From NCBI RefSeq assembly GCF_006345805.1, contig NC_043001.1, forward strand, positions 75,578,001 through 75,642,000: DNA of 64,000 nt, given 5' to 3'. Below are positions 26,810-39,300 of this stretch, piece by piece (positions within the stretch are counted from its first letter, which is position 1; every line of letters begins with the position of its first letter). Under the pieces are notes generated by a model. That model was not told the DNA's origin, did no database searches, and saw nothing but the letters and a program-made list of their open reading frames with translations. A program made the translations under genes and the position numbers. Origin of the DNA: Octopus sinensis (lineage: Eukaryota).

Positions 26810-27160
26810 TATTAGATGCTGCGAGTGTTTCCCCTGAAGGAAGAGAGTATATTTGTTTTAGCCTAGTCTTTCTTCCAAAATGCATCAGCTCAAATTTTCC
26901 CGCATTTAGTTGCATTTTGTTTTTGCCTGCCTATTGACTTACAGTATGTAGATCAGACTGGAGTTCAGTTCGGTCTTCTTCTCCAGTGATACTTTTTGCA
27001 GTTTCGAGTCATCTGCAAATATTTTCAATTTGCCGTGTTTTATGACGCTGAAAATGTCGTTTGTATAGGCAATAAAGGGATATGCAGGCCCAAGATAGTC
27101 CCCTGGGCTTGAGTGGATTCTACCAATCACAACATATTGTGTTCTGTTCTCCAAGAAATA
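26810..27160 (-). mobile_element. CR1/L2-type LINE reverse transcriptase fragment
   Basis: FLENRTQYVVIG..LGP..FIAYTNDIFSVIKHGKLKIFADDSKL (FADD at 27008-27019), then QLNAGKFELMHFG..YSLPSGETLAAS. Confidence 0.9.
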
Positions 27161-27194
27161 CTCGTTTCGGGGTAGCAGTTTTCTACAGATTCCA

Positions 27195-27394
27195 ACATTT
27201 GACTTTCGCCATGATAGATCGCTAGCCACTACACATTCTCTATTTTCACACCTTGTTTCTTTTTGTGTTCCTTTCTGTGGAAGAGCGTAGGCTCGAAACG
27301 TTTAAGACTTTTTCACCTTCCAAGCGTTATAGTAAAACATCTGTTTGTTGTGTATACCACCTGTCTTCGTCTTTTGTTTTTTTGTGAATTCTGC

Positions 27395-27396
<2 letters not shown>
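27195..27396 (+). mobile_element. Short repeat carrying a hammerhead-like motif with CUGUGGA core (27271-27306); copy at 41122-41358
   Basis: cttt-CTGTGGA-A-GAGC-gtag-GCTC-GAAA-CG-TT-taag; 3' end abuts (TA)n. Confidence 0.75.
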
Positions 27397-27482
<86 letters not shown>

Positions 27483-27521
27483 ATGTCTGTATATATATAT
27501 ATATTATATATATATATATAT

Positions 27522-27829
27522 AAAGGAAATGAAGAAAATGCTGACAAAATAATTTAAGTAATCTAAGTAATTTAATTAGGTGAAGTTCTTTTTATCGGTT
27601 GCGCATTTGTTACGCTTATCAAAAGATATTTTTTAAAGAGAGATAGAGTTCCTTTCTGATAGATTTTTTTCCTCTTATCAGATAAGAGGAAAAAATCTAT
27701 CAGAAAGGAACTCTATCTCTCTTTAAAAAATATCTCTTGATAAGCATAACAAATGCGCAACCGGTAAAAAGAACTTTCACCTAATTAAATTACTTAAATT
27801 ATTTTGTCAGCATTTTCTTCATTTCCTTT
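27522..27829. repeat. About 308-bp near-perfect palindrome with a 1-nt spacer at 27680
   Basis: aaaggaaatgaagaaaatgctgac...cctcttatc | a | gataagagg...gtcagcattttcttcatttccttt. Confidence 0.95.
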
Positions 27830-28264
27830 TTTATATATCACAACTCGTGTTCCACATCTCCTTTTTTAAATATATATATATATATATATATGCATATACA
27901 TATACATATATACATACATACGTACATACATACATATAGAGTTGAATGGAATTTATAGGTATCGTAATGCATCGCTACGCGCGTTCACACAAATCGCATA
28001 TCTCTTAAGATCGCCGTCCGTATCCCTGCCATGATTACAGTGTAGTCCGTTGTATTCTTAGGCATTGAGTAGATCATCGTCATGGATTCATTCCTTCAGG
28101 CGATATAGCATTAATGAATGTTTAACTGGGGGCTATTTATCACTTTTGACCAGTGAGAAGGTCGATAGAAGTATGTGGGTAGTGCATTCCTTTGTTCGAT
28201 CTCATTTAAGGCATATATATATATGTGTGTGTGTGTGTACATATATGTATACATATGTATATAT

Positions 28265-28430
28265 AATGGGTTTCTTTCAGTTTCTGTCTGTTAAATCCAG
28301 TCTCAAGTCTTTGGTCGACCCGAGGATATAGTAGAAAGCATCTGCCCAAGGAGCTAGGCAGTGGGATTTAATCCTGGATCATGGGATTGGGAAACAAGCT
28401 TCTGACCTCACAACCACGCCTGTGTCTACA
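28265..28430 (-). mobile_element. SINE S1 head half
   Basis: Matches 21050-21212. Confidence 0.75.
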
Positions 28431-28655
28431 GAGAATTTTGCTCAACAACTGCACAATTTCAGGTTAAGTGGTACTGCATGTTACCTCAGACAAGTTTAAA
28501 ATATTTTCTCGGGCTGAAAATGCCTTATAAGTTAATTTACTAGACTCACTCTGTGCAGAATCCCTCTGTCTCTGTATCTCTCTCTCTCTCTCTCTCCCTG
28601 CTCCTTTCTCCCTGTATGTGTTTATACATATATATACTTATATTGCTATTGAGAA

Positions 28656-28872
28656 AAAGTGTCGAAAGACCAAAACGTTGCTTTTTCAAAACACGAAAAA
28701 ATGTTTCACCATTCCATTGCAAAACCGTTGTACTACACTTTGACAATTTTTTATATTTTGGCATCTTAAGTAGCTACAGATACGATTGTTTTTGACCAAA
28801 AGAACCGGCTATTGCAAGCAAAAATAAATATGGAAAAAACGCATTTGGCCAAATTTGGATATTCGACACTTT
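28656..28872. mobile_element. Possible MITE with about 19-bp imperfect TIRs
   Basis: aaagtgtcgaaagaccaaa versus the reverse complement of tttggatattcgacacttt. Confidence 0.35.
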
Positions 28873-29410
28873 GACGTAATAACTATACACACACACACAC
28901 ATATATATGCTTGTATATTTATATCAGTGATTACGTATGCGTTTGTATTTGTGTCACGAACAAAAAGAGAAAGCAAATCTTTATTTCTTATCTGATTTAA
29001 TATATCAGCGTTTTCCTTTATATGATTACGTATATATTTGTATAAATATATATATATGTATAAAGTTTGCTGTGTATTTAGCTTGTGGTATGTGTTTTAC
29101 CTTTATCTAAGAGTGTACAATGTACACACACATGCACACACACATATAGTGACAACGGTGTTGTTTTGTTTATCTACACATATAAGTAATGACAGCCGGT
29201 GTTATTTTCCTTATCGCCTATAATCTAGCGTTTCGGCAAAGCAGTTTGATAGAATAATTATGAGACCTTCAAAACAAAAAATGTACCGGGGTGGATTCGA
29301 TCGATTAAGCTCGTCTAGGTAATGGGTAAAGTCCTAGCATGACTGAAAACCATTGACTAAGACAAGTAGACAAGTAAAAAGAGATATATATGTGTGTAGA
29401 TATATATGTG

Positions 29411-29508
<98 letters not shown>

Positions 29509-29522
29509 GTAGGCCATGATAC

Positions 29523-29565
29523 TCCAGACTGATGACGAGCAATGACTCAGAAACATGTCACTGGA
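29523..29565 (+). ncRNA. Hammerhead ribozyme motif, slightly decayed, in a roughly 230-bp insert within a (TA)n tract (29505-29730)
   Basis: tccaga-CTGATGA-cGAG-caatga-CTCa-GAAA-C-AT-G-TC-actgga. Core intact, helix III palindrome ACAUGU, and the innermost pairs of stems I and II are mismatched. Confidence 0.5.
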
Positions 29566-29737
29566 TGCAGGATGGGGGTGCTTGTCTCCCCTTTGTAAAC
29601 ATAAGGACACAGGATATGTGTCAAGGCCGACAGGAAGTGTTGATGATTCCTAGGGCTAAATAGCGGTTGTGTAATTCCCTTTATCGGACTGTCACGTTAA
29701 GTTGACAGTATAGAACTGCTCTCACTCTCTGTCTCTC

Positions 29738-29786
<49 letters not shown>

Positions 29787-29954
29787 GAGTGAGTGGCCAA
29801 ACGAAAGAAGGGCACTCAACAAACTTATTGTGAGTTACAAGTATGGATCAAAACAGTTTGATTCAAATTCATTGGTACTCTTGAGTTTCAAGCGTGATTC
29901 TAGTAGTCAGCCATTCTGAATTTGAATCACAGAAATTGATTGTTATCACCATAA

Positions 29955-30090
29955 CGTGGGCTGTGATTGGTCGGAGAAAGTTACGCGATTGGTCGAAGTG
30001 TCACGGTTTAATGTTGGAATCTGCCTAACAGTTAGTTGAAACATATCGCATAGTGAACAGAAAAAGAGGGAATAGACCACGTGGCGGTTA
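29955..30090. promoter_or_regulatory. Candidate promoter: two NF-Y-type CCAAT boxes and a CCACGTGG E-box
   Basis: gtgATTGGtcg (29966-29970) and gcgATTGGtcg (29988-29992) are 22 bp apart. CCACGTGG at 30077-30084. The surrounding sequence is locally CpG-rich and does not match the recognised repeats. Confidence 0.3.
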
Positions 30091-30496
30091 GAAAATCGGG
30101 CAGGTTGTAGGAGGGGAAATAAGCAGGGGAGTTATGTGCATGTAATTTGTATATGTGAGTGTGTAGATTTGCTCATATGGTTTTGCGTGCATATGCGTAT
30201 TGATGCGAGCGTGCGCATCTGTACATGGACAGGCACGCGTACGTGCACACACACACACAGAACGCGCTCACAGATCCACGTGCATACGTACACATGTACA
30301 CACATATACGCGCACACTCACACATGCGTGTTCATTGATATGTACATATGAATGAATACGCATGCATGTGCGTACATGTATGTGCCTGTGTGCGATTGCG
30401 AGTGTATGTGAGTGCGTGCGAGCGCGTTCATCCATGTATGTGTGTGTATGTGCGTGTGTGTGAACGTGCGCGTGCCCGCCCATGTATAGATGCGCG

Positions 30497-30690
30497 CAAA
30501 GTGTGACAAGTCTGGGTCTTTGAAATACAGGTACAAAACAAGAAGAAAGAATGAGAGAAAGTTGTGGTGAAAGAGTACAGCTAGTTAACCACCATCCCCT
30601 GCCGGAGCTTCGTGGAGTTTTAGGTATTCCCGCTCAATAAACACTTACAACGCCCGGTCTGAAAAACGAAACCGCGAGTCAGCTACGTTA
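30497..30690 (-). repeat. Chimeric SINE segment (S3 piece + family S4) locally duplicated at 31948-32137
   Basis: Same chimeric junction gtacaaaac|aagaagaaagaatg in both copies, with few mismatches. Confidence 0.85.
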
Positions 30691-30914
30691 AGAGTACTCG
30701 TGTCTGTGGAGTTTACAGCACGTTAATTTTACGAGCCGGCTATTCTGTTGACCGGATCAACTGGATCACTCGTCGTCGCAACCGATGGAGTGCCACGATA
30801 TATATATAGAGCACACACGAAAAACATATGAGCGCGTCTACACACCCACATGTACAAATATACTTGAACATATCGCCCCTGTGTACCAACGAATTTGAAT
30901 CAAACTGTTATGAT

Positions 30915-30960
<46 letters not shown>

Positions 30961-31584
30961 TTATATATATATATATAAAGGAAGAAACAGACAGGCGATG
31001 AGAAAAAGTTACATACGAGTACAAACATAATATATAATATTCCTGTGTGTCTGCTATGCCTGGGTGTATGTGTGCACATACCTGTCAAAGGATATGTCTT
31101 TAAATTACGTCAACACGTATATATGGCTCAGTGTGGCTCTGCGTATCTAATAGATATTTCTATTTTGGAAATATATTTGATATTTCTAAGTAAATTTTTA
31201 GTTATTTCACCTTTGACAATGATATAGCAGTGTAATAAGAAATATCGTTGGTTTTATTATCTGAAACCGGACCTAAAGTATCTGAACTTGATGACCTTAT
31301 TCATTTAACATTACGTATCACTCATTTTATCATCTCTGAATACAACAATCTATAGCGCTCTATTTCTGTGATTCATAATATTAATAAAATTAAAAAAATA
31401 CTTAAATTTTAGTCTAGTGAGATTGTATGTGTGCATGTGTATCTTTTCATCAAAGTATTTGCGTATATATATGTATGTGTGTGTGTGTGCGTGTGTATGA
31501 GAGAGAGAGAGAGAAAAAAATAGAGTGTGTGTGTCTGTGTGTGTTTATCTGTGCCTGTGTGTAAGTATGTATGTATGTTTATAG

Positions 31585-31745
31585 GCATGGCTGTGTGGTA
31601 AGAAGCTTGCTTTCCAACCACATGGCTCCGGGTTCAGTACCCTGCCGTGGCACCTTGGGCAAGTGTGTTTTACTGTAACCTCGTGGTGGCCAAGGCCTTG
31701 TGAGTGGATTTGAGAAACGGAAACTCAGAGAAATCCGTCGTATGT
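31585..31745 (+). mobile_element. SINE S1 head half
   Basis: ggcatggctgtgtggtaagaagcttgctttccaaccacatggctccgggttcag... Confidence 0.85.
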
Positions 31746-31756
31746 ATGTATGTATG

Positions 31757-31789
<33 letters not shown>

Positions 31790-32619
31790 TATAATATATA
31801 TTATATATCATGGCACTCCGCCGTTGCGACGACGAGTGATCCATTTGATGCGGTCAATAGAACAGCCTGCTCGTAAAATTAACGTGCTGAGCACTCCACA
31901 GACACGAGTACCCTTAACGTAGTTCTCAGGGAGACTCAATATGACACAAAGTGTGACAAGTCCGGGTCTTTGAAATGCAGGTACAAAACAAGAAGAAAGA
32001 ATGTGAGAAAGTTGTGGTGAAAGAGTACAGCAGAGTTAACTACCATCCCCTGCCGGAGCTTCGTGGAGTTTTAGGTATTCTCGCTCAATAAACACTCACA
32101 ACGACCGGTCTGGGAAACGAAACCGCGAGTCCACTACTCTAACCACTGGGCCATTGCACCTCCACAAACACAACCACACACGCGCGCGCGCGCAAATACA
32201 CGTACACGTATCTATATATACAAACACATGCATATATATGTACGTGAGTATATGTCCCCGTAACATAAGGGGTCGGCAAAAGATCGATAAAATAGGCACC
32301 AGACTTACCAATAATTTTACCTAAAATCTCCAAGAGGGTAAGGAGATAGACAAAGAACATGCTGTCTTCACTACAGCTAAGAAGCTACTAAGAAGATACT
32401 AAGTGTCCATCTCTTTTAATTTAATTTAATTTAATGTATTTATGCAGCTGAGGATTGCTCTGCACTTAAATTAATGTAACGGTTGCCTTGTTCAATTAAA
32501 TAGAGTCGCTTGAAACGATCGTACTGAATTACCTCTAGATATCATGTTGCGCATTTTGATTTTATTCACCTTATTTTGAAACTGTATGGATAATACCGTA
32601 CTAAATTAGGGTGCCTCAA

Positions 32620-32696
<77 letters not shown>

Positions 32697-33360
32697 ATGT
32701 ATACATATATATATATATATAATATATATATATTATATATATATATACAGAGAGTGACAGATAGACAGAAAGAAAGAGCCATGATTTATTGGTAGTATTA
32801 AGAAACGCAGACGCAGTGAGCTTCGGCTGATGTTAAAAGACATGGAATGTTATGTTTTCAAAGCTCTTCATTTTCTGTCCAGGATTGGCGTAGAGCGCTT
32901 TGTAATGTAATAGTTCTCAGTCAGACAAAACTGAGCCGATTACAATTATTAGTATATGCAGGAGTGTTGTGCAGGGCACACGATTAGGTGTTGGTTAACA
33001 TAGCACTATTTTCCTGTTTCCAGATATACTTCGAGAAGTGTATAGCATTTTCTTTGTGACAGTTTTTGAAAGAGGTTATATACTGGCAGTGTTTAGTGTT
33101 ATATGCTTTCAGAATAAATAAGAAATAGTACTATTCCTTTACCTGTTGTCGTAGCGGCCGGATACGCAATGCATTTAGTTATTAACTGACTATACCAAGT
33201 ACACGGCCCAATTTTTTGACAGTTATCTTCTGTTTGTTTTTTTTATTACAAAGAAGAAATCTGCTTATGCAACGAAAGGGATCGTATCGAATGATTTATG
33301 GAATAGCTGGTCGTTATATTGTTCTTGTATTTTATGCAAATTTTTTGTATTTGTGGAAGT

Positions 33361-33870
33361 GTTTGCGGTGTAAATGCTGCAAATTGAGTTTATAACATTC
33401 CAGATGGCCAGTGGATTGAATCAGATTCTATTCGTCCCTATTATCTTTTACTTTCCCTTCTTTTTATATTTGCTATTTGTGGTGAATTATTATATTCTGT
33501 TTCATAAGGTTATGTTCTATTTGAAATGGGTCGTTTTCAAATGGTAATTCTTCTCTCCAGTGCTGTGAAAAATTGTTTAATCACAGGAGAAACAGATCAT
33601 ACGTTTACTTTATATTGCTCTATCGTTTCATGATATATAGTGTGAATTGTTGGAAACTGAATATATGAAGAGAGGGTAGTTGTCAAGTTTTACATAGTGC
33701 TCATTCGAATCAGAGATTAGATTTATTGTCGTATGAAGAATTTCTCAGAGATTATGTCGGTTTCTACAGGTGAACGTCATTGATGATGGTAATGATATAT
33801 TCATTCGCGTACCTGGTTATCTATCAACTCCAACTCTTGGAAACCATTAGACCGTTGTCTTTATACAGTT
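33361..33870 (+). pseudogene. Possible decayed multi-pass membrane protein (MFS/MFSD8-like) pseudogene
   Basis: One frame reads PDGQWIESDSIRPYYLLLSLLFIFAICGELLYSVS*GYVLFEMGRF. Another reads YEEFLRDY..MIYSFAYLVIYQLQLLETIRPL. The resemblance to MFS TM2-TM4 and TM7 is by eye only. Confidence 0.3.
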
Positions 33871-34280
33871 CCACAATAGTGGTATGGCATACCCATTCTA
33901 TTTCGCACAGGTAACGTAAGTTTACCATTTCACAAATCTAAATCCCATAGTTCTTCAAAGAGATAAGTTACATGAATCTGTTCGATGTATAATGTATTAT
34001 CCAGGTTTAACACATACCTAATTGATGCGGTGTATATACAAGTATATGAGCTATCTTAGTCCTTGGCCCAAAGAAAATACTACAACACTCTCGAAGCAAA
34101 GTTGATAGAACAAAGCCGGAGTTTGGTCTATCGACCATTACAAGGCTTATCTTGGACAAAACCATCACATGAAATAATCGTCCTAAATGACACGAAATAT
34201 GTTTATTAGAAAACTATCATATTATAAAGATATTCATACACCAATAATGAATTTTCGATTCCAATTTCGTCTCCTTTTTC

Positions 34281-34572
34281 AAGCCTAGCCAGGCTCATGG
34301 TTTCCCGGTTTCTGTGGCGCATGTGTTCCCCCCAGCTGGACGGGACGACAGTCCATCGCGGCGTTACTCAAGAAATAGGAAGAGAGAGTGAGAGAAAGTT
34401 GTAGCGAAAGAGTACAAATGGGGCCGTCACCACCCCTGCCGGAGCATCGTGGAGGGAGCTTTTAGGTGTTTTTGCTCAATAAACACACACAATGCCCGGT
34501 CTGGGAATCGAAACCGCGATCCTCCGACCGCGAGCCCGTTGCCCGAACCACTGGGCCATTGCGCCTCCACCC
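34281..34572 (-). mobile_element. Composite SINE (S4 tRNA-like head + S3 V-like tail)
   Basis: Head gtggaggcgcaatggcccagtgg...tttcgattcccagaccggg. The tail matches 43770-43860. Confidence 0.85.
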
Positions 34573-34866
34573 AATAAAGAATAGAAGAACACAACTATTA
34601 TCGACTTGAAGAACAAGTATGATATACTACTAATTCTTTTCTGGACACCAGAGCACAGCTGGTGTCATATAATGCGTCAGAGGTCGGCACTTTGTCTTCT
34701 GCATCAACAACTTCGTTAAAATCCACAGAAGATCATTATGTATAAATTCTTTGATAATATTACTGCAAAACCATGATGCGAAAGTTGCTGCAGGCACTAA
34801 GTATATACATACTACACACAGCAGGACTCTCTGCTAATGTGTATGACCACTTTGTATTGTATATAA

Positions 34867-34903
34867 TTCTCTCTCTCTCTCTCTCTCTCTATCTGTCTCT
34901 CTC

Positions 34904-34997
<94 letters not shown>
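34867..34997. repeat. (CT)n microsatellite
   Basis: Read directly from the sequence. Confidence 0.97.
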
Positions 34998-35000
<3 letters not shown>

Positions 35001-35615
35001 ATGTGTGTGACTTTACTGACTTTGAAGTTAAAGTAATAGAAGGCGTGTTTCAGTTCTTTCATCACACTCCAAAGGGAAATGTCAAAATGGAGATTCTGGC
35101 ACAAGATCAAACCAGGTTATTCGTATTTTCTGATCAAATTGGCGTAGCATATGCTAATCAGTTGAAATGCCGTATTGTCTGATTAACCACATTTGCACTA
35201 AATACTTTACAACGTATATTTCACTCTTTTGTAACTTTGAATTTAATTCTTATTGTCATATTATTATAATGAGGCGTGCCTAATAATACTAATGATTTTA
35301 TTTCATTGATGAAACAACATTAAGAAGGAACTGTTCATTATATCTATCTCTTCATCCTTTAATTGGCATTTACTTCATTGAAATCGGGATATGAAAGATG
35401 AAGTCGACATTGTAGGGTAGAATTTGAACTCAGAACATAAACAGACGTAACTAAATACTATTATGTATTTCGCCGATTGTTCTACCGATTCTGTTGACCA
35501 CTAAGTTAATAATTCTGATAACAACAACAACACCACCCTACTCTAAATAGTGGTTTCTAAATTAAGTAGATTAGTTTTTATATATGGATATATATATATA
35601 TAATATATATATATA

Positions 35616-35800
35616 TCTTATATAAAATCCGTTCTCTGTGTGTGTACGGGTGGTCTTCTCGGATCACGGGCATCCTCCATCCGATTGCGCTCAAATTTGA
35701 TATGTAGATACCGACAGTATCAGGGCTTGTATAAATCTTGAAAAATTACAAAAATCAATTCCAGGTGAGAATGCGATCGATAGAGCCGTGGGAAATCGTT
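35616..35800 (+). mobile_element. Possible non-autonomous Helitron/Helentron 5' portion
   Basis: Starts A|TC-ttatataaaatcc, followed by a short GT repeat and ccgattgcgctcaaatttgatatgtag. No 3' hairpin or CTRR end was found. Confidence 0.4.
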
Positions 35801-36001
35801 TTTCTTTGGTTGCACAATCGACTATGTGGCGCTGATAGGAGTCTATCTATATTTCTTCTTTTGCTGGTGTCTTAAATTCAGGTTAAATCAGTGTTTCTCA
35901 AAGGGCAGGCCTATGGAACGGTCGGAGAAGTTGTTTTGAGAAAATTTGGTTTAAATGTTTGACAACTCAGCACCGTCCATTGGACGGGGGGCATTTTGCT
36001 C

Positions 36002-36040
<39 letters not shown>

Positions 36041-36336
36041 CATCATGAACCCTACATATTCTTTATTCTCTCTTCGTTTTCCTGCTTCTCTTGTCATTTT
36101 CTCCTCTCAACACTTTCTGTCGAACAGCGTGGGCTCGAACGTCAATGACTCTTCCAATTTTCTCGCCGATCAAACTGATACACCTCCTTGTTGTTACCTC
36201 ACCTGCCTTCCTCCTTTCTTTTCTGGAAATTTGAACCCTACATATATACACGTGCTTCTTATTTTGTTATTGTACGCTAAGGAAACCGGGAAACCGGCCC
36301 TAATGATCCAAGTGTGTCTCGAGAAGGAACAAACAA

Positions 36337-36368
<32 letters not shown>

Positions 36369-36787
36369 GGGGAGTCGAATTTACAAGTATTTAATAACAA
36401 TTGCACCTGGCTATGCGTTACTCAAAGTTTCCTCGGCGTAGAACATATCCGCTTGGTCTGATGACAGGTGAAACTGCTTAGGAACTCGGAGCTGAGACGA
36501 AATGTTAGCGCACGCGCACACACACATGCACACATACACAGTTATGTATATATATATAATTAATGCCCCAACAGAGGAAAAAACACAAGAAGAAGAAAAA
36601 ATACGTGAAAAGTATTAACAACGCTCAGGGAAGGAAAGAAAGTTAGTTTTACGCTTCGAGCAAAGGTCTTCTTTAGAAACAGGAGACAGAGGAAAGTCCA
36701 AAGGAAAAGGAAATATATACATAAACACACACACACGCACACACACACATACACCCACACACCCACACGCACATATATATATATATA

Positions 36788-37284
36788 CCGAGTGTCCATA
36801 AGAAATGGTGCAATGCTACATAATTACTTCACTCATAAGCTTGCACAATTAGAACTGATAGAGAATACCCTCTTTCAACTTTGCTCTGCTAGTTAGGCAG
36901 TTTCTAAATGAGAAGTTTCCCAACAGATGGATTGCAAGAGGTGGAACGTTATTTTGGCCTGCACGTTCACCTGATTTAACTGAATTGGATTTCTTTTAAT
37001 GCGGACATGTGAAAAGTATTATTTATACAACTAAGCCTCGATCTTTAGAAGACTTGAAAGCTAGGATAACGGATGTGATTGAATGTGTTACTGAAAATAA
37101 GCTGGAAAATGTTTTCCGAGACCTACAGAATCGTATTTCTTTTTGTGTTAATAATGATGGTGGGCAGGTTGAAAATGAACTAAATGATTAAAAATTTCTT
37201 GACCTTTTTACAGATTAATTTTATCATGTATAGTGACAAGGATACAAGTATTTTAAGTTGCACCATGGCTTTATGGACACCCTG
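36788..37284 (+). mobile_element. Internally deleted Tc1/mariner-superfamily element with both TIRs and TA TSDs
   Basis: TA|CCGAGTGTCCATAAGAAATGGTGCAA ... TTGCACCATGGCTTTATGGACACCCTG|TA. Encodes VRQFLNEKFPNRWIARGGTLFWPARSPDLTELDFF*CGHVKSIIY..DLKARI..DGGQVE. Confidence 0.9.
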
Positions 37285-37699
37285 TATCTATATAGATATC
37301 TATGTGTGTATTTGTAAGTTAAGTACAGCATGTGATGCCACTAGAACAGATGTAATTAGCATAAATTCTGACAGGGGAATTAGAATTACTGTATTGTAGA
37401 AAGCAAATTATCAAACTTTCAGTGTCATTGTCAATTTATAAACAATTACTATTTGAGTGTTTGGGATAATAGGATAAGTAACATGGATAAACGCAAGTCT
37501 TTTCAAACTGATCTGCAGTGCCTAGAGACACACGTGTCACTCCTGATCGTTATAAATTCTTCTGTTGCTTTTCTGCAAAAGAAACCTTTCGTTTGAATTT
37601 TGCATTATTGTCATCTTTTTTTTCTTCTTTCTTTTCTTTTCGTTCTAACTTTGTTCTCGCTCGCATGAGTCTATGTATAAGTGCACATAAATATGAATA

Positions 37700-37756
<57 letters not shown>

Positions 37757-38682
37757 CATACACACACACCACATATATATATCATATAATATATATGCAT
37801 ATATACATATGTATATGTATATACTTACACCCATTTCCTTGGGGCTGTTCAGATTGGAGTAATCTCAGGATTAATCAGCCGAATTTGGAGGATGATCCGG
37901 TTCGTGACTGAAGATAAAAGGCCCGAATGACCCGTCCTTGTTTGTTTTTGTTTTTTTTTTGTATCGTATATCTGGATGTTTTGTAGTCCATTTTTGTATC
38001 ACCTAGTTGCCCGGTGGTTTTGCGTTCTTGTCACATTTTGTATTATATTTTATATATATATGCATATGTGGGCACAGGACGTCATGAAACCTGTACAAGA
38101 AAAAATGCGAAGTACGTGTACATGGAATATGAAGCATTTTTTCGAACAGCGAAAGACAGAAATGGAAAGCAAGACAAACAACATAAAGAACGATCTTTCA
38201 TCAGTTGTTGGCTGTTTTTCTACTCTCATATTTCGAGCATTTAACAGCAATATACGCTTTCGATTAAATAGTAGGTCCCGCAAAGAAAATTAAATAAAAC
38301 TTAGGATTTCAGGGAGGGTCAAAATTGGTAACACAAACAAGACAGTGAAAACAAACAGGAAATGCTATCAAGCCTAAACGAGGTTTGGTGTCGAACGCAT
38401 AAATCAAGCTTGGACAGAAGACAAACAAGAACACGACTTCCTTTTTCTAGCTACAACGGAGAGAATGATGGCCGCTGTTCACGTGGGAGCCACGTGAACA
38501 ATGGAGGAGGAGGGAGGGAGAGAGAGTGACAGAGTAGTAGGATAGAATAGTGGGAGAGGGGGGGAATGTAAAAAAAATAAGAGAGAGAGAAAGAGAAAAA
38601 CGAATGAGTAAAAAGATCGTATAGAGTGCGATCAGAAATATTAAGATAAAACTTAATACGTATATGTACATATATTTATATC

Positions 38683-38777
<95 letters not shown>

Positions 38778-38833
38778 TATAGATAGATATGCATATGTGG
38801 GCAGGCACAGGACGTCATGAATCGTGTACAACA

Positions 38834-38954
<121 letters not shown>

Positions 38955-39081
38955 TATATATACATAATACATACATAATTAGGATAAAATCATTATCTAA
39001 ATCCTGAAATCCTAAGTTTTATTATCAGTGGCCTGCATACTAAAGAGACCGTAATGGTTAGTTTATATTAAAATCATCATA

Positions 39082-39300
39082 AGGGTGTTGGATGATTACA
39101 ACACCAGTCTGCAAGAAATAGACCCCGAAAGGTCTGTGAGCCACTTAGATTAGACAGCGAGGATTTATGAAATATTATTTTATAAATCCTCGCTGTCTAT
39201 TTTCCTCGCTTACAACCTTGTGTAGTGAAGTAATGTTGTGTTTCATAGACCTTTTGGGGTATTTTTCTAGCAGACTGGTGCGGTAATCATTCAACACCCT
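39082..39300. mobile_element. Tc1/mariner-type MITE with about 60-bp TIRs and an internal hairpin
   Basis: TA|agggtgttggatgattac ... gtaatcattcaacaccct|TA; internal inverted repeat agacagcgaggatttat/ataaatcctcgctgtct. Confidence 0.8.

Noticed and set aside
33896-33920. Recursive splice site (pyrimidine tract-CAG|GTAACGT) or a 141-nt exon at 33770-33910
   Set aside because: The exon has stops in all three frames, and one AG|GT motif is expected by chance without RNA data.
36452-36510. Hammerhead at CTGATGA...GACGAAATGTT
   Set aside because: No convincing stem II or stem I pairing.
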